Shown: one piece after another, positions 48,423-61,950 of the stretch | How the letters are laid out: each line of letters begins with the position of its first letter | Position numbering within the stretch: position 1 is the stretch's first letter | Assembly (NCBI GenBank): GCA_030390025.1 | Contig: CM059432.1 | Location: 88,290,001 to 88,354,000, forward strand | Source: Squalus acanthias | Taxonomy: Eukaryota | Direction: 5' to 3' | DNA length: 64,000 nt | Program-made: the position numbers and the translations under genes | The notes under the pieces: generated by a model | Seen by the model: only the letters and a program-made list of their open reading frames with translations | Databases searched by the model: none | What the model was told of the DNA's origin: nothing

Positions 48423-49121
48423 CATGTGTTTTATGGTGTCTGTGAATTAACATATCAATGGAGAGAATTGGGGATCTGCCAAATATTGGATAGCAGCAGA
48501 ATTGGAGGCAGCGTTTTAAACCCTAAAATGGAAAAGAGAATCGGGCAGGGTGTAAAACAGGCTGCCAATTCACTATCGCCTGCTTTGTTCTACCGCTGAA
48601 TATCAATTTCACCCCCAGTGTGTTTTGAAAAGTTGCGCAAAACATTTTTTGAATAAATATATTGTCCATTTATTAAGATTAAACTAAATTAAATGAGAAT
48701 ACTTAAACTGGATTTCCAAACATTTCTGTATGGATATTACAAATATTGTCATATCCCGCTGTCCGAACTTCTGAAAGATAGTGTAAGCTACCTGAAGGAA
48801 AACAGTGCTATCATTACAAAAAACTATTTTATTAGTACTAATGAGTTGTTGTTGGGATGCACAATATATTATTCTTATGCTATGGTGAAGATGTGTTGAA
48901 GGTGAGTTGGCTCTTTGAGGTCAATACAGCCTGAGGTCACTCAGTGTTTATTGCTGTTTAGTGAGGGAATTTTGCAGATTGGAAAATGCATGTAAATTTC
49001 CAGCTCCAGATCAGGTGAGTGACGAGGGAGTGAACCTCCTTGTACATAGTTGTTCCATTGTCAACCTCAGACAAAGCTCAAAAGTACATGGCTGATATTA
49101 TTTAAATGTTTAAATACCTCG

Positions 49122-49406
49122 CAGGTTTCCAGGCTTTTCCATCAATGAACGAGGGGAGCAAGTAGCCTCCAGGAATTTAAGATTAATCTCCGGGACACTG
49201 CTCTGAGCAACACAGGAGAAAAGTCGTTGGGGCATTAAAATAAATGGTGTCTTTTTTTCATTTTCTTTGAACACTTTTGCTTAAAAGTTATAAAAATATT
49301 GGAGACGGGGGAAAACAAAGGCTGTTTGACTGGATGGGACGATTGGAGGCAGGAGGTCACGTGATGAAACCTCCAGCAATATGTCCAACCAGAGATGGCA
49401 AACCTA
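49122..49406 (+). mobile_element. hAT-type MITE, copy 1
   Basis: Ends GATGGCAAACCTA; inverse homolog of 49876-50140. Confidence 0.65.
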
Positions 49407-49875
49407 GAGGCTGAAAGCAGAAAGAGATTCAGAAAGAAGCAATCCTTATAGTGCATTCTGGAGCCAAAATGACAGAAGAGGAGCTTATTATGATTGGCTT
49501 CAGTGTGTGCCAATCAGGAGGAACCCAAACCAATAATTCAAGCTCCAGCCAAGTACTCCAAATTGAACCTCAGGCTCCCAACATGGGATGAGGCCTCTCC
49601 AGGAAATGTTTTCTAGGAATTTACCACACTGTTCAGGCAATTATTTTCAGCTTCTTATGTAATGAATGTTACTTTCACTGGCAAATTTGCAGTTGGGAAG
49701 ATTGATGTTTAGAGCAACTTCACAAAATTCTTATAAAAAGAAATATATTGATGTTACAACATGGAAACAGGCTAATTAACCACATCAACATTCAACAGAG
49801 GTCTGAAATATAACCCCAGATTTTAACCCAACCAATGGAGTGGGTTCGGACCGGACGCCCATTTGATCCCCTGCC

Positions 49876-50140
49876 AAGGGTGGCCAACTCTGATTGGATG
49901 CATTCCTGAAGGTTTCATCACATGACCTCCAGCCTCCATTTGACCCACCCAGCCAAACAGCCTTTCTCCCATCTGCAAAATTTTTATAACTAATAAACAA
50001 AAGTATTCAAAGAAAATAAAAAAAAGATTTTTTTTAATGCCCCTTTGATTATTTCTCCTGGGTTGCTCACATCAGTGTTCAGGAGATGAATCTATCATTC
50101 CTGGAGACTCCAGGACAATCCTGGAGGGTTGGCAACCCTA
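49876..50140 (-). mobile_element. hAT-type (TAGGGTTGCCA-ended) MITE, copy 2, nested in another MITE (~49813-50248)
   Basis: TIRs AAGGGTGGCCAAC / GTTGGCAACCCTA; host ends CCCAGATTTTAACC / GGTTAAAATCAGGG. Confidence 0.7.
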
Positions 50141-50375
50141 ACTCCACCTGACCTTACTCTCCAATGGAAAGTAAATTGGATGGGGTGTAAAACGGGTTTG
50201 CAACCCAAATCTGTCCCATTCCCACCAGGGTTAGGTTAAAATCAGGGCTATAATTTCTAGAGCCAGTGCAACTTCCTCCCTCATCTCCCTCAGGATCCCA
50301 GGATGTGTCCTGTTGGGCCCTGACACTTTGGCCCTGATCTTTACTGGGGCGGGATTTCCAAGCAGGGGGTGGGTC

Positions 50376-50535
50376 TGATCACGGAGGTTCTGATCGCTGG
50401 GGGCGGGGAGGGGAATGATCACGGAGGTTCTGATCGCTGGGGGCGGGGAGGGGAATGATCACGGAGGTTCTGATCGCTGGGGGCGGGGAGGGGAATGATC
50501 ACGGAGGTTCTGATCGCTGGGGGCGGGGAGGGGAA
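50376..50535. repeat. 40-bp tandem repeat, four identical copies, inside a MITE (~50330-50887) that splits an old CR1 fragment
   Basis: Unit TGATCACGGAGGTTCTGATCGCTGGGGGCGGGGAGGGGAA starts at 50376, 50416, 50456 and 50496. Confidence 0.95.
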
Positions 50536-51369
50536 TGACCACGAGGAGGGAAGCAGATTAGTTTGGAGGGCTGAGAGGAAGCACTCTTGCTCATCCTGGC
50601 CCATAAGCAGTGCTGGAAAGGTACATTCATATTCCACGTAGCAGTCCTCACTTCCCTTTAGCTGCCGGCCCTGGTCGGCCAGGATTTTAAAATGGAGCTA
50701 AAATGTGAGGCAAGCAGCCTTATTAAAATACTTAAATGAGCAAACCGCCTCCTGGGAGCGGGTTGGTTGTCTGCCTCCTGATCCACCTCTGTTAAAACTA
50801 GAAGTGGGTGGGTTCGGGTTTGAGATTTTTTAAATTTTTATATCCTATCCGACCCAAACCCACCTGTTTTTGGGGGTTAAAATTCTCCTCATTGTCTGCC
50901 TTTAGCTTAACTAATTTATCTAAAATGTTACTTTTATCCATGAGAGTATCACTTATCTCATTCTCAATCACTTCAGAATTTAACCCCTCTCCGATATCTT
51001 TTTTTTAGTAAAATTATTTTGAAGTGATTTTCTTGATTACTTCCTGCTACTTTCCAGTTCAGGATTGGTAGCTTTCAAAACAAAACTGAGTGAGTTGATT
51101 GCTCAATTTTCTATTGCTTATTCATTGCTCAGTGGTACTTACTGACTGAATCATGTTTTTGATTCATTCACATTTAGTCAGTCAGATATTTGTTGATTTA
51201 ATAGATAAAGCAACTTACTTATATTTAGCCTACAGTGTGTGACACCCCAAGGTGTGACGCTCTGAAATTTGACACTTTCAGATGTGATGCCTTTGGAAAA
51301 TCTACTTTTTTTGTCAATTCAGAAAGATCCTAAAGTCTGATTTTTTAAAAATGTTTTCCGGGTTTTCCC

Positions 51370-51830
51370 CTCCACTACTCTATCAGGCCTCTATTCCATC
51401 TGTTGATGGCTCTTTGTGTGAAGAAGACTTTCCTGATATCACTCCTAAAATTACCTTTTACTAGTTCAAGCCTGCGTCCCTTTTTTCTATTCCCATAATT
51501 TAATTTAAAGTAATTTTCCAGATTTACCTTTTACATACTGTTTACTATCTTCTCTACTTCTGTACCTCTCAGATGTTTCTTTTTAAGATTGAAAAGATAT
51601 TTTTCCAGTCTTTTTTTAGATATCAGACCTTTAACCTAGGGATCAAGCACATAACTTTTTTCTGCACTGTCTCCAGTCCTTGTGTCTCAGTGACCAGAAT
51701 AGAACACAAAGCTCAAGGTGTAGTCTGATAAGAGTAATATACAGTTTGAAGATGACTTCATCTGACTTGTACTCTACCCTTTTAGCAATATAGTTCAACA
51801 GTCTATTGTTAATTGCTGTTCTGCATTGAA
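51370..51830 (-). mobile_element. Old CR1 3' fragment
   Basis: Diverged antisense CR1 RT C-terminus (GTGACCAGAATAGAACACAAAGCTCAAGGTGTAGTCT; GTGAAGAAGACTTTCCTGA). Confidence 0.65.
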
Positions 51831-51844
51831 GGAAGAATCACTTC

Positions 51845-53090
51845 ATAGAATCATAGAAATTTATGACATAGAAGGAGGCCATTTGACCCATCGTGTCGGT
51901 GCCGGTCGAAAAAGAGCTATCCAGCCTAATCCCACTTTCCAGCTCTTGGTCCATAGCCTTGTAGGTTACGGCACTTCAAGTGCATATCCAAGTACTTTTA
52001 AATGTGATGAGGGTTTCTGCCTCTCCCACCCTTTCAGGCAGTGAGTTGCAGACCCTCACCATCCTCTGGGTGCAAAAAAGTTCTCCTCAACTCTCCTCTA
52101 ATCCTTTTACCAACTACTTTAAATCTATGCCCCCTGGTTATTGACCTCTCTGCTAAGGGAAATAGATGCTTCCTATCCATTCTATCTAAGCCCCTCATAA
52201 TTTTATACACCTCAATTAAGTCTCCCCTCAGCATCCTCTGATCCAAAGAAAACAACCCCAGCCTATCCAATCTTTCCTCATAGCTACAATTCTCCAGTCC
52301 TGGCAACATCCTCATAAATCTCCGCTGTACCCTCTCTAGTGCAATCACATTTTTCCTGTAATGTGGTGACCAGAACTACACGCAGTACTCTAACTGTGGC
52401 CTAACTAGTGTTTCATACAGTTCAAGCACAACCTCCCTGCTCTTATATTCTATGCCTATGCTAACAAAGGAAAGTATCCCGTAAGCCTTCTTAACCACCT
52501 TATCTACCTGTCCTGCTATCTTCCGGGATCTGTGGACATGCTCTCCAAGGTCCCTTTGTTCCTCCACACTTCTCAGTAGCCTACCATTTATTGTGTATTC
52601 CCTTCCCTTGTTAGCCTTCTCCAAATGCATTACCTCACACTTCTCCGGATTGAATTCCATTTGCCACTTTTCTGCCCACCTGACCAGTCCATTGACATCT
52701 TCCTGCAATCTACAACTTTCTTCCTCACTATCAACCACTATACCCTATCAATTTTAGCCAATTTTTGTATCATCTGCAAACTTCTTAATCATGCCCCTTA
52801 CATTGAAGTCTAAATCATTGATTTATACCACAAAAATCAAGGGACCGAGTACTGAGCCCTGCGGAACCCCACTGGAAACAACCTTCCAGTCACAAAAACA
52901 CTCGTCAACCATTACCCTTTGCTTCTTGCCACTGAGATAATTTTGGATCCAACTTGCCCCTTTCCCTTGGATCCCTTGAGCTTTTATTTTTCTGACCAGT
53001 CTGCCATGTGGGACCTTGTCAAAAGCCTTGCTAAAATCCATGTAGACTACATCAAACCCACTACCTTCATCGACTCTCCTTGTTACCTCC
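51845..53090 (-). mobile_element. CR1 LINE 3' part (same family as 4910-10113)
   Basis: Minus ORFs DFSKAFDKVPH, GVPQGSVLGP, WQMEFNPEKCEVMH, LERVQRRF; tail CATAGAATCATAGAA. Confidence 0.95.
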
Positions 53091-53385
53091 CACAGCTTTG
53101 ACATAAATATCCAGATCATCTGATTTAAGTGATGTTGGTTGAGGTATAAATGTTGGCCAGTACATCGGGAGATCTCCCTTGTTCTTCTTTGAATAGTGCC
53201 ATGTGATCCTTTACATCCACCTGAGAGGGCAGACAGGGCCTTAGTTTACGTCTCATCTGAAAGACATCACCTCCAAAAGTGCAGAACTCCCTCAGTAGTG
53301 CATGCATGTGCTCAAGTCTTTGGAGTGGAACTTGAACCCACAACCTTCTGACTCAGAGGAGAGAGTGATACCAATTGAGCCACGG
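53091..53385 (-). mobile_element. SacSINE1/DeuSINE-like SINE, partial
   Basis: Colinear with 32090-32375, including the A and B boxes. Confidence 0.85.
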
Positions 53386-53728
53386 TTAAACAGTAGCTAA
53401 ACATGTTAAGCATTGAGCCATTAATATCACTTACCTGTTCTCTCACACCCTTCTGATCTCTTCATTGAGCAAATTATCTTGCTCCTTGTGCTGACCTGAT
53501 CGTCTGCAGCATATCCTTTACTGTTAGCTTGGATATTTTTGAATTAGGATTGGCTAACCAGAATAGTGTATTGTGTACCTTTCTAATTCTTACAGTACCA
53601 AGTTAATTCACTTTCCCCGTTCTGGACAAATCACAGTAATAATGAAATGCACTTGTATTAAAAATATAGGGCCATATTTTCCTCTATTTGCTCATTTTTG
53701 GCATAGTGAATGTCCATAAAAATGCTAA

Positions 53729-56700
53729 ACAATCCAGAGGCCTAGATTAATAATTCGGAGACATGAGTTCATATTCCACCATGGCAGCTGTGGAATTTAA
53801 ATTCAGTTAATTAAATAATCAGTAATGGTGACCATGAAGCTACCAGATTGTCGTTGAAAACCCCTTTAGGGAAGAAAATCTGCCGTCCTTACCTGGTCTG
53901 GCCTATATGTGACTCCAGACCCACAGCAATGTGGTTGACTCTTAACTGCCCTCTGAAATGACCTAGCAAGCCACACAGTTGTTACAAACCGCTACAAGAA
54001 ACAATAATGAGAATAAAACCGGACAGACCACCCGGCATCAACCTAGGCACTGGCTTCGGACATGACAACGGCACACCCAGCCCAGTCGACCCTGCAAAGT
54101 CCTCCTCACTAACATCTGGGAAAGGTGCCAAAATTGGGAGAGTTGTCCCACAGACTAGTCAAGCAACTGCCTGACATAGTCATACTCACAGAATCATACC
54201 TTTCAGCCAATGTCCCAGACTTCTCCATCACCATCCCTGGGTATGTCCTGTCCCACCGGCAGGACAGACCCAGCAGAGGTGGCGGCACAATGGTATACAG
54301 TTGGGAAGGAGTGGCCCTGGGTGCCCTCAACATTGACGCCGGAGCCCATGAAGTCACATGGCATCCGGTCAAACATGGGTAAGGAAACCTCCTGCTAATT
54401 ACCACTTACCGCCCTCCCTCAGCTGATGAATCAGCACTCCTCCATGTTGAACACCACTTGGAAGAAGCACTGAGGGTAGCAAGGGCACAGAATGTACTCT
54501 GGGTGGGGGACTTCAATGTCCACCATCAAGAGTGGCTCAGTAGCACCACTACTGGCCGAGTTCTGAAGGACATAGCTGCCAGACTGGGCCTGCAGCAGGT
54601 GATGAGGGAACCAATACGAGGGAAAAATCTACTTGACCTCGTCCTCACCAATCTACCTGTCGCAGAGGCATCTGTCCCTGACCATATTGGTAACAGTGAC
54701 TACCGCACAGTCCTTGTGGAGACGAAGACCTGTCTTCACATTGAGGGCACCCTCCATCATGTTGTGTGGCACTACCACTGTGCTAAATGGGATAGATTCA
54801 GAACAGATTTGGCAGCTCAAAGCTGGGTATCCAGGAGGCGCTGTGGGCCATCAGCAGCAGCAGAATTGTATTCCAGCACAACCTGTAACCTCATGGCCTG
54901 GCATATCCCTCTTACCATTAACATCAAGCCAGGCGACCAACCCTGGTTCAATGGGGAGTGTAGAAGAGCATGCCAGGAGCAGTACCAGGCGTACCTAAAA
55001 ATGAGGTGCCAACCTGGGGAAGCTGCAACACAGGAATACGTGCATGTTAAACAGCAGAAGCAGCATGCTATAGACAGAGCTAAGCGATCCCACAAGCAAC
55101 GGATCAGATCAAAGCTCTGCAGTCCTACCACATCCAGTCGTGAATGGTGTTGATCATTAAACAGCTGATGGGAGGAGGAGGTTCCATGAACATCCCCAAT
55201 CTCAATGACGGCGGAGCCCAGCACACAAGTGCAAAAGGCAAGGCTGAAGCATATCGATGATCCATATCGGCCTCTTCCTCAGGACCACACCATCACAGAT
55301 GCCAGCCTTCAGCCAATTCGATTCACTCCACGTGATATCAAGAAACGGCTGAGCGCACAGGATACAGCAAAGGCTATGGGCCCCAACAACATCCCAGCTG
55401 TCGTGCTGTACACTTGTGCTCCAGAACTAGCTGCGCCTCTAGCTAAGCTGTTCCAGTACAGCTACAACAATGGCATCTACCCGCCAATGTGGAAAACTGC
55501 CCAGGTATTTCCTGTCCACAAAAAGCAGCACAAATCCAGTCTGGCCAATTACCGCCCCATCAGTCTACTCTCAATCATCAGCAAAGTGATGGAAGGTGTT
55601 GTCGACAGTGCTATCAAGCGGCACTTACTCACCAATAACCTGCTCACTGATGCTCAGTTTGGGTTCCACCAGGACCACCCGGCTCCAAACCCCATTACAG
55701 TCTTGGTCCAAACATGAACAAAAGAGCTGAATTCCAGAGGTGAGGTGAGAGTGACTGCCCTTGACATCAAGGCAGCGTTTGACCGAGTGTGGCATCAAGG
55801 AGCCCTAGTAATATTGAAGTCAATGTGAATCTGGGGAAAAACTCTCCACTGGCTGGTGTCATACCTAACACAAAGGAAGATGGTTGTGGTTGTTGGAGGT
55901 CAATCATCTCAGCCCCAAGACATCATTGCAGAAGTTCCTCAGGGCAGTGTCCTAGGCCCAATCATCTTCAGCTGCTTCATCAATGACCTTCCCTCCATCA
56001 TAAGGTCAGAAGTGGGGTGTTCGCTGATGATTGCACAGTGTTCAGTTCCATTCACAACTCCTCAGATAATGAAGCAGTTCATGCCCGCATGCAGCCAGAC
56101 CTAGATGACATTCAGGCTTGGGCTGATAAGTGGCAAGTAACATTCGCGCCACACAAGTGCTAGGCAATGACTATCTCCAACAAGAGAGCATCTAACCACC
56201 ACCCCATGACATTCAATGGTGTTACCATCGCCGAATCCCCCACCATCAACATCCTGGAGTTCACCATTGACCAGAATTTTAACTGGACCAGCCACATAAA
56301 TACTGTGGCTACAAGAGCAGGTCAGAGGCTGGGTATTCTGTGGCGAGTGTCTCACCTCCTGACTCCCCAAATCCTTTCCACCATCTACAAGGCACAAGTC
56401 AGGGGTGTAATGGGATACTCTCCACTTGCCTGGATGAGTGCAACTCCAACAACACTCAAGAAGCTCGACACCATCCAGGATAAAACACCCGCTTGATTGG
56501 CACTCCCTCCACCAGCAGCATACCGTGGCTGCAGTGTGTACCATCTGCAAGATGCACTGCAGCAACTCACCACGGCTTCTTCGACAGCACATCCCAAACC
56601 CACGACCTCTACCATCTAGAAGGACAAGGGCAGCAGGCGCATGGGAACACCATCACCTCCAAGTTCCCCTCCCAAGTCACACACCATCCTAACTTGGAAA

Positions 56701-56899
56701 TATATCGCCGATCCTTCATCGTTGCTGGGTCAAAATCCTGGAACTCCCTCCCAAACAGCACTATGGGAGTACCTTCACCATGTGGACTACAACAGATCAA
56801 GAAGGTGGCTCACCACCACCTTCTCAAGGGCAATTAGGGATGGGCAATAAATGCTGGCCTTGCCAGTGACGCCTACATCCCAGGAACGAATAAAAAAAC
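53729..56899 (+). mobile_element. Near full-length CR1-Zenon-like LINE (single APE-RT ORF, inactivated)
   Basis: APE motifs PDIVILTESYL, YRPPS, VGDFNVHH, LDLVLTN; RT NYRPISLLS, DIKAAFDRVWH, PQGSVLGP; YKAQVR; poly(A) at ~56892. Many stops and frameshifts; tRNA-like 5' head. Confidence 0.92.
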
Positions 56900-58329
56900 A
56901 TTCCAGGTTAGTTCTGGTGGGGGATTGGAATTTGGGACAGAAACAAGATCCAATGGGTTTCGGCCCCATTTCCAAGTGATCAGAAAGTCCTAATCCAGGT
57001 CAACCAGCAAGAGTAATTGATTTCTCAGCAGCAGCTTAAGGGCATGTCTGGGGGTGTTCTCAGCCTGTTCTGGGAAACCTGGCTGATGTGCCTCTGATAG
57101 ATCCAATGGGACCTACACCTGCTGGGCATTTCCACCCAAATGGATTCACCTGGCTGTGATCACTTTCCCAATCCCTGGGGTGGCATCATTTGAAAATAGT
57201 GGTGGGCACCCATGCCTGTAGTGACATAACATGGGTATCCACTCTGCTGGTCCACTCGAATTAGGGGGCAGTAACCTGTGAGAAGGAGAAAGGCTTGGAT
57301 GGGGTTGAAAAGAAATGTATGGCAATGGTGTTTATTTCATTCTGGGCCTACTGTAAGCCCCAACAATGAAAAGTCCAGTAGTAATTGATCTCTGACCTGT
57401 GAAGGAAGATTTTTTTTAAACTGCCACAAAACCAGTGGATGGAAGTTCTACCTGAATTTCTGGCAGCATATTGGTGCCATGTAATTTGAGCCCTTATTTG
57501 TCCATATATAACTCTGAGGATTGGCCCCATACAAAACGGGTTCAGGGACCAGCAGTAAATGAAAAATAAAAAAGCTTTTTGCTTTCTAAGACCTTGTTAA
57601 AGGCTAATTAAAAGCAATTGTACCATATTACAGCGGGGGAGGGGGGGGGGCTGGTGAGGGGAGATAATTGAAAAGTGAGTATTGAACTCCAGTTCAGGCC
57701 TAGAGTAACTGATGGGACAAATTCAAAATATCTCCACAGCTACAGAGATACTGGAAAGATAAGTGAGAGATTACATAGAAAAGTCAGAGACAGAAAAGAA
57801 TAAAACCCTTTTTCATTACTGATGCCTTGCTGAAATCATGCTTCACAAAAACCATTAGCTCTGTTGGTATTTAAATACATTATACTCCCAAATATGAGAG
57901 AAAGGAAGGATTTTTTTCATATTTGCACTTCTTGTCATTAGTAATGTGTCAATCGTGTCTCTACCCTGAAACTCTACAAAGGTAATTCTTAAAAATAAGT
58001 CAAAACATTTAATAAGCAGACAAATTATGTTTTGGAAGGTGCCAGCTTCAGCACCATCAAACAGTGAAGCAATATTCAGGGAAAACAAGCAAACTAAACC
58101 AATTGTCAAAATGTAATATCTAGTATATGTCTCCCTCTGATCACTCTCACCGTACTGCTCTTGGGCAACTCTTTGCATACATTCCCACAATTAACAAAGT
58201 CCAACCAAACATTTGAAAAATACGCAACACTTGTGGGTCTCTATGATGTTGCTCACAGTAAATTAAAGGATATACTATTTTATATTTACAACAGCATTAT
58301 ATCATGAAACACAATGCATTTTCTTTACG

Positions 58330-59700
58330 GCAAGTGATTTGTTGTGGGGAGTTGCAGTTGTTGGATGTTATCAGGATCTGTGAACTTCGCTTTGTTCAAC
58401 ACTTCTCAATGTCATGTGGAGCGAATTGAATTGACTGGGCATTAGGATCAATGATGTTGGGAACCTTGGAAGTGGGCCAAGTTGGCTTGTCGATTTGGCA
58501 CTGTTGACTAAAGACATTTGCAAACACTTGAGCCTTGTCTCACACTCACATGCTGGACTCCACCTTGGTTGATATTGGGCATGCTCATGGAGCTTCCTCC
58601 TCTATTAATTATTTGATTATCCACACCATTCTTGATTGGATGTGGCAAGGCTGCAGAGATTTTCTCTGATCCATTAGTTGTGGGACCACCAAATTCTATC
58701 TGTAGCTTGCTGCTTTTGGTGTTTAGCATGAAGGTAGTCCTGTGTTGTAGCTTCACTAGGTTGGTATGCTATTCTAAGGTATGCCTGGTGCTGTTCCTGG
58801 CACATCTTTCTTAGTCAGTATTGAATTAGGTGGTGATAGAGGAGTAAGGAATGTGTTGAGCCATGCGGTTACAGATAGTAGTATACAATTAATTTTCAAT
58901 TAAATAGGTTAGGGAAGACCAGCGGTCACAAATTTAAGTTGAATAAGGCTAGATCTAGGTTAGATGTCAGGAGGTGGTTCTTTTCCCAGAGAATAGTGGA
59001 CCTCTGGAACAGGCTGCCATCTCATGCGATGGATGCTGATTCGCTGAATTCCTTCAAGCGAGAGCTGGATTTGTTTCTGGTGAGGCGGAGATCACCTCTT
59101 ACAGAAGGTAGGTACTGCAGGGAATTCAGGGTCAGAGTGATCTCCTGGACTAGTTTCGATCGCCTAGATGGATTGGAGAGGAATTTCCCAGATTTTTCCC
59201 GCCAAATTGGCATGGGTTTTTATCTGTTTTTTTGCCTCTCCCAGATCACTTGGTTTTGCGTGGGGTGGAGTGTATATATTGTAATAGGCAGAATGGACCA
59301 GAGGGTCTTTATCTGTCAGTCATTGTTCGTTTGCATGTTCGCAATTCTGCTGCTGCTGATAGCTCACAGTGCCTCATGGATACCCTGTTTTGGGCTACTC
59401 GACCTGTCCTTCGTCTGTCCCTCCCAGTGCCACACTACACAATGGAGAGTGTCCTCACTGTGAAGATGAGTCTTCACCTTCATAAGAATTGTGCAATGGT
59501 CACTCCTGCCAGTGCTATCATGGACAGGCATGTCTGTGACAAGTAGGTTGGTGAGGTCAAGTCAATTACTCCCTCATGTCAGTTCCTTCACCTCCAGGCT
59601 CAGTCTGGCAGCTATGTTCTTTTGGACATGGTCAGTGGTGGTGCTACTGCCCAGCCCTTCATGGTGATGGATGCTCCCTGCTCATGCTCCCTTCAACATG
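58330..59700 (-). mobile_element. Old Zenon-like LINE fragment interrupted by a plus-strand CR1 3' end (~58891-59340)
   Basis: Diverged antisense match to 54650-55380. The insert encodes RRWFFSQRIVDLWNRLP and is flanked by CAATT (58886, 59342). Confidence 0.7.
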
Positions 59701-60013
59701 GAGGAGTACTGATTTGTCAGTGAAGTGGGTAATCAACTGGATGATTCTTGAAGCTGATTTGCGCAAATTTCATAAAACAGCAACAAATCACAACTGAGCA
59801 GATATGGACATACCAATCAACATGTATCAACCAGCAATGAAAACTACCAACCAGTAACTTAAAAACAATTTCCTATCAAAAGTTGGTACTCAGCAACAGT
59901 TATCAATAGCAACAAACAGAAGAACCAGTCAAATCACTCCAAATATCTTTGCAAATCTTTGACTGGCTACAAGCTGAAAAACTTTCAATTACAATTAAGA
60001 TTTGTAATATATT

Positions 60014-60755
60014 GGCCCAGAAATTGATCTCGCTCTGTTCCCGCGGGGGTAAGGCTTTCCCGCAATCTCTCACCTCGCTTGTGCTTTTTCAGATCCAGCT
60101 CGCACGAACTTAATGTTCTAGAGATCAGCTGGGCAGTGCTTGCGTATCCCAGCGGCGTAGTGAATTTGTGCGAGCTGTGGGATCACGTGACTCAGTTAGA
60201 GCCAATGGCAGCACACCATCTTCCATTCATAAGTTTCACAGCACCCTGTGAAATCTATGAATCTTACACCCCCCCAAAATAACAGCTAAGCCTCAATTAA
60301 ATTTAAAAAAAAACCATCACATTAATAAAATAAGTATAGTTAATTAAATTAACCATTTTAAATAAAAAATTAAATTTTTGAAAAAATTTAAAATCTTTTA
60401 AAAAGTTATAAAAATAAACTTACCTGTCTTTAAAGTCTCTAAAAAAGATATACCTGTAAAAAAAAATTCAAAAAAATACTTAATTCACTACTTACCTTCT
60501 TAAAAGCGGGTCTTACTCCTCCTTTTTACATTTCCAAAATCTTCCCTACTTACCTGCGCGTCCAAAGCATGAAGTGCACAGCGTGCGCGCAGCCTGTAGC
60601 GCGCACGCGATGCACCCAGGACCCGCCCCCTTTTCAGAAGAGCAATTGCCGGTTTTCAGCGCATGCGCAGGGCATGCAGAAAACCGGCAATTGGAGTGGG
60701 AATACGCGAGAGTACGCAGTGCGTACTCTCGCGTCCCGGGATCAATTTTCGGCCC
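60014..60755. mobile_element. Harbinger-type MITE, family E, copy 2
   Basis: TIRs GGCCCAGAAATTGATC / GATCAATTTTCGGCCC; flanks ATT/AAT; colinear with 42330-43092. Confidence 0.88.
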
Positions 60756-60999
60756 AATATAGACATAAATTATACAGAAAGGATTACACTTATTTATACA
60801 ATACGATTCACTGTGTGCAAATGTGTATAACAATGTTTCTCAATAGAGGCCTTCAACTCTCCTGGATTTTCCAAAAGCAGCTAAAGAAAGTTAACATCCA
60901 TTTCTGGATTAAGATTGTGATGAAGTCTGGATCGGAGTGGTTCTGGCAGAACCCAAATTGAATATCAGCAAACAGTGCACCTGTTTGATCTGTGCACCT

Positions 61000-61950
61000 G
61001 AACTAGCCACCCTTTCTAGGCAAGCCAGTCCTGCACAGCTATGACAATGGCATCTAGTCAACAATGTGGAAAATTGTCCAAGTCTGTATTATTCACAGAA
61101 AGCAGGACAAATCTAACCGGATTAATTAATACCTTATCAGTCTCCTCTCAATCATTAGCAAGGTGGTAGATGGAGTCAATAACAATGCCATCAAGTGGCA
61201 CCTACTTACCAATAAACTGTTTGCTGATATTCAATTTGGGTTCTGCCAGAACCACTCAGATCCAGACTTCATCACAACCTTAATCCAGAGAGTAGTTGGC
61301 CATATTATCTAGACAGCATTCGACCAAGGAGCCCTCGTAAAATTGAGGTCATTGGAAGTCAAAGGAAAAACCATCCAGTGACTCGAGTCATACTTGACTT
61401 AAAGGAAGGTGATCATAGTTATTGAAGACCAACAACAACAATTTGTATTTATATAGTTAGTACCTTTAACGTAGTAAAATATTTCAAGGAGGTTCAAAGG
61501 AGTATAAGACAAAAAATTTGACATTGAGCCACATAAGGAGAAATTAGGGCAGATGACCAAAAGCTTGGTAAAAGAGGTAGGTTTTAAGGAGTATCTTAAA
61601 GGAGGAAAGAGTGGTAGAGAGGCGGAGAGGTTTAGGGAGGGAATTCCAGAGCTTAGGGCCTAGCTAACAGAAGGCACGGCCACCAATGGTTGAGCAAGAC
61701 CAGTCATCATAACCCAGGTCATCACTTCAGGAGTTCATCAGGCGCAACCATCTTTAACTGCATCATCATTGATGTTTCCTCCATCATATAGTCAGGAAAG
61801 ACATTGTTCCCTGGCAATTCTACAGTGTTCATACTCAATCACAACTCTTTCAATATTGAATTTGCCTACAACAGGTCCTGGACAATATCTAGGCTTGGGC
61901 TGACAAATGACAAGTAACATTTGTGCCACATAAATGACCATTTCCAATAA
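61000..61950 (+). mobile_element. Old Zenon-like LINE RT fragment
   Basis: Diverged match to 55420-56180. Confidence 0.8.
61432..61695 (-). mobile_element. L2 LINE 3' fragment with 7-bp TSD
   Basis: Reverse complement of 38285-38520; TSD AAGACCA (61425-61431, 61696-61702). Confidence 0.88.

Noticed and set aside
50376..50535. CRISPR-like array
   Set aside because: Identical head-to-tail units with no unique spacers, in a vertebrate context.
57855..58190. 111-aa minus-strand ORF in unique sequence
   Set aside because: No recognisable motif or splice context; consistent with chance.
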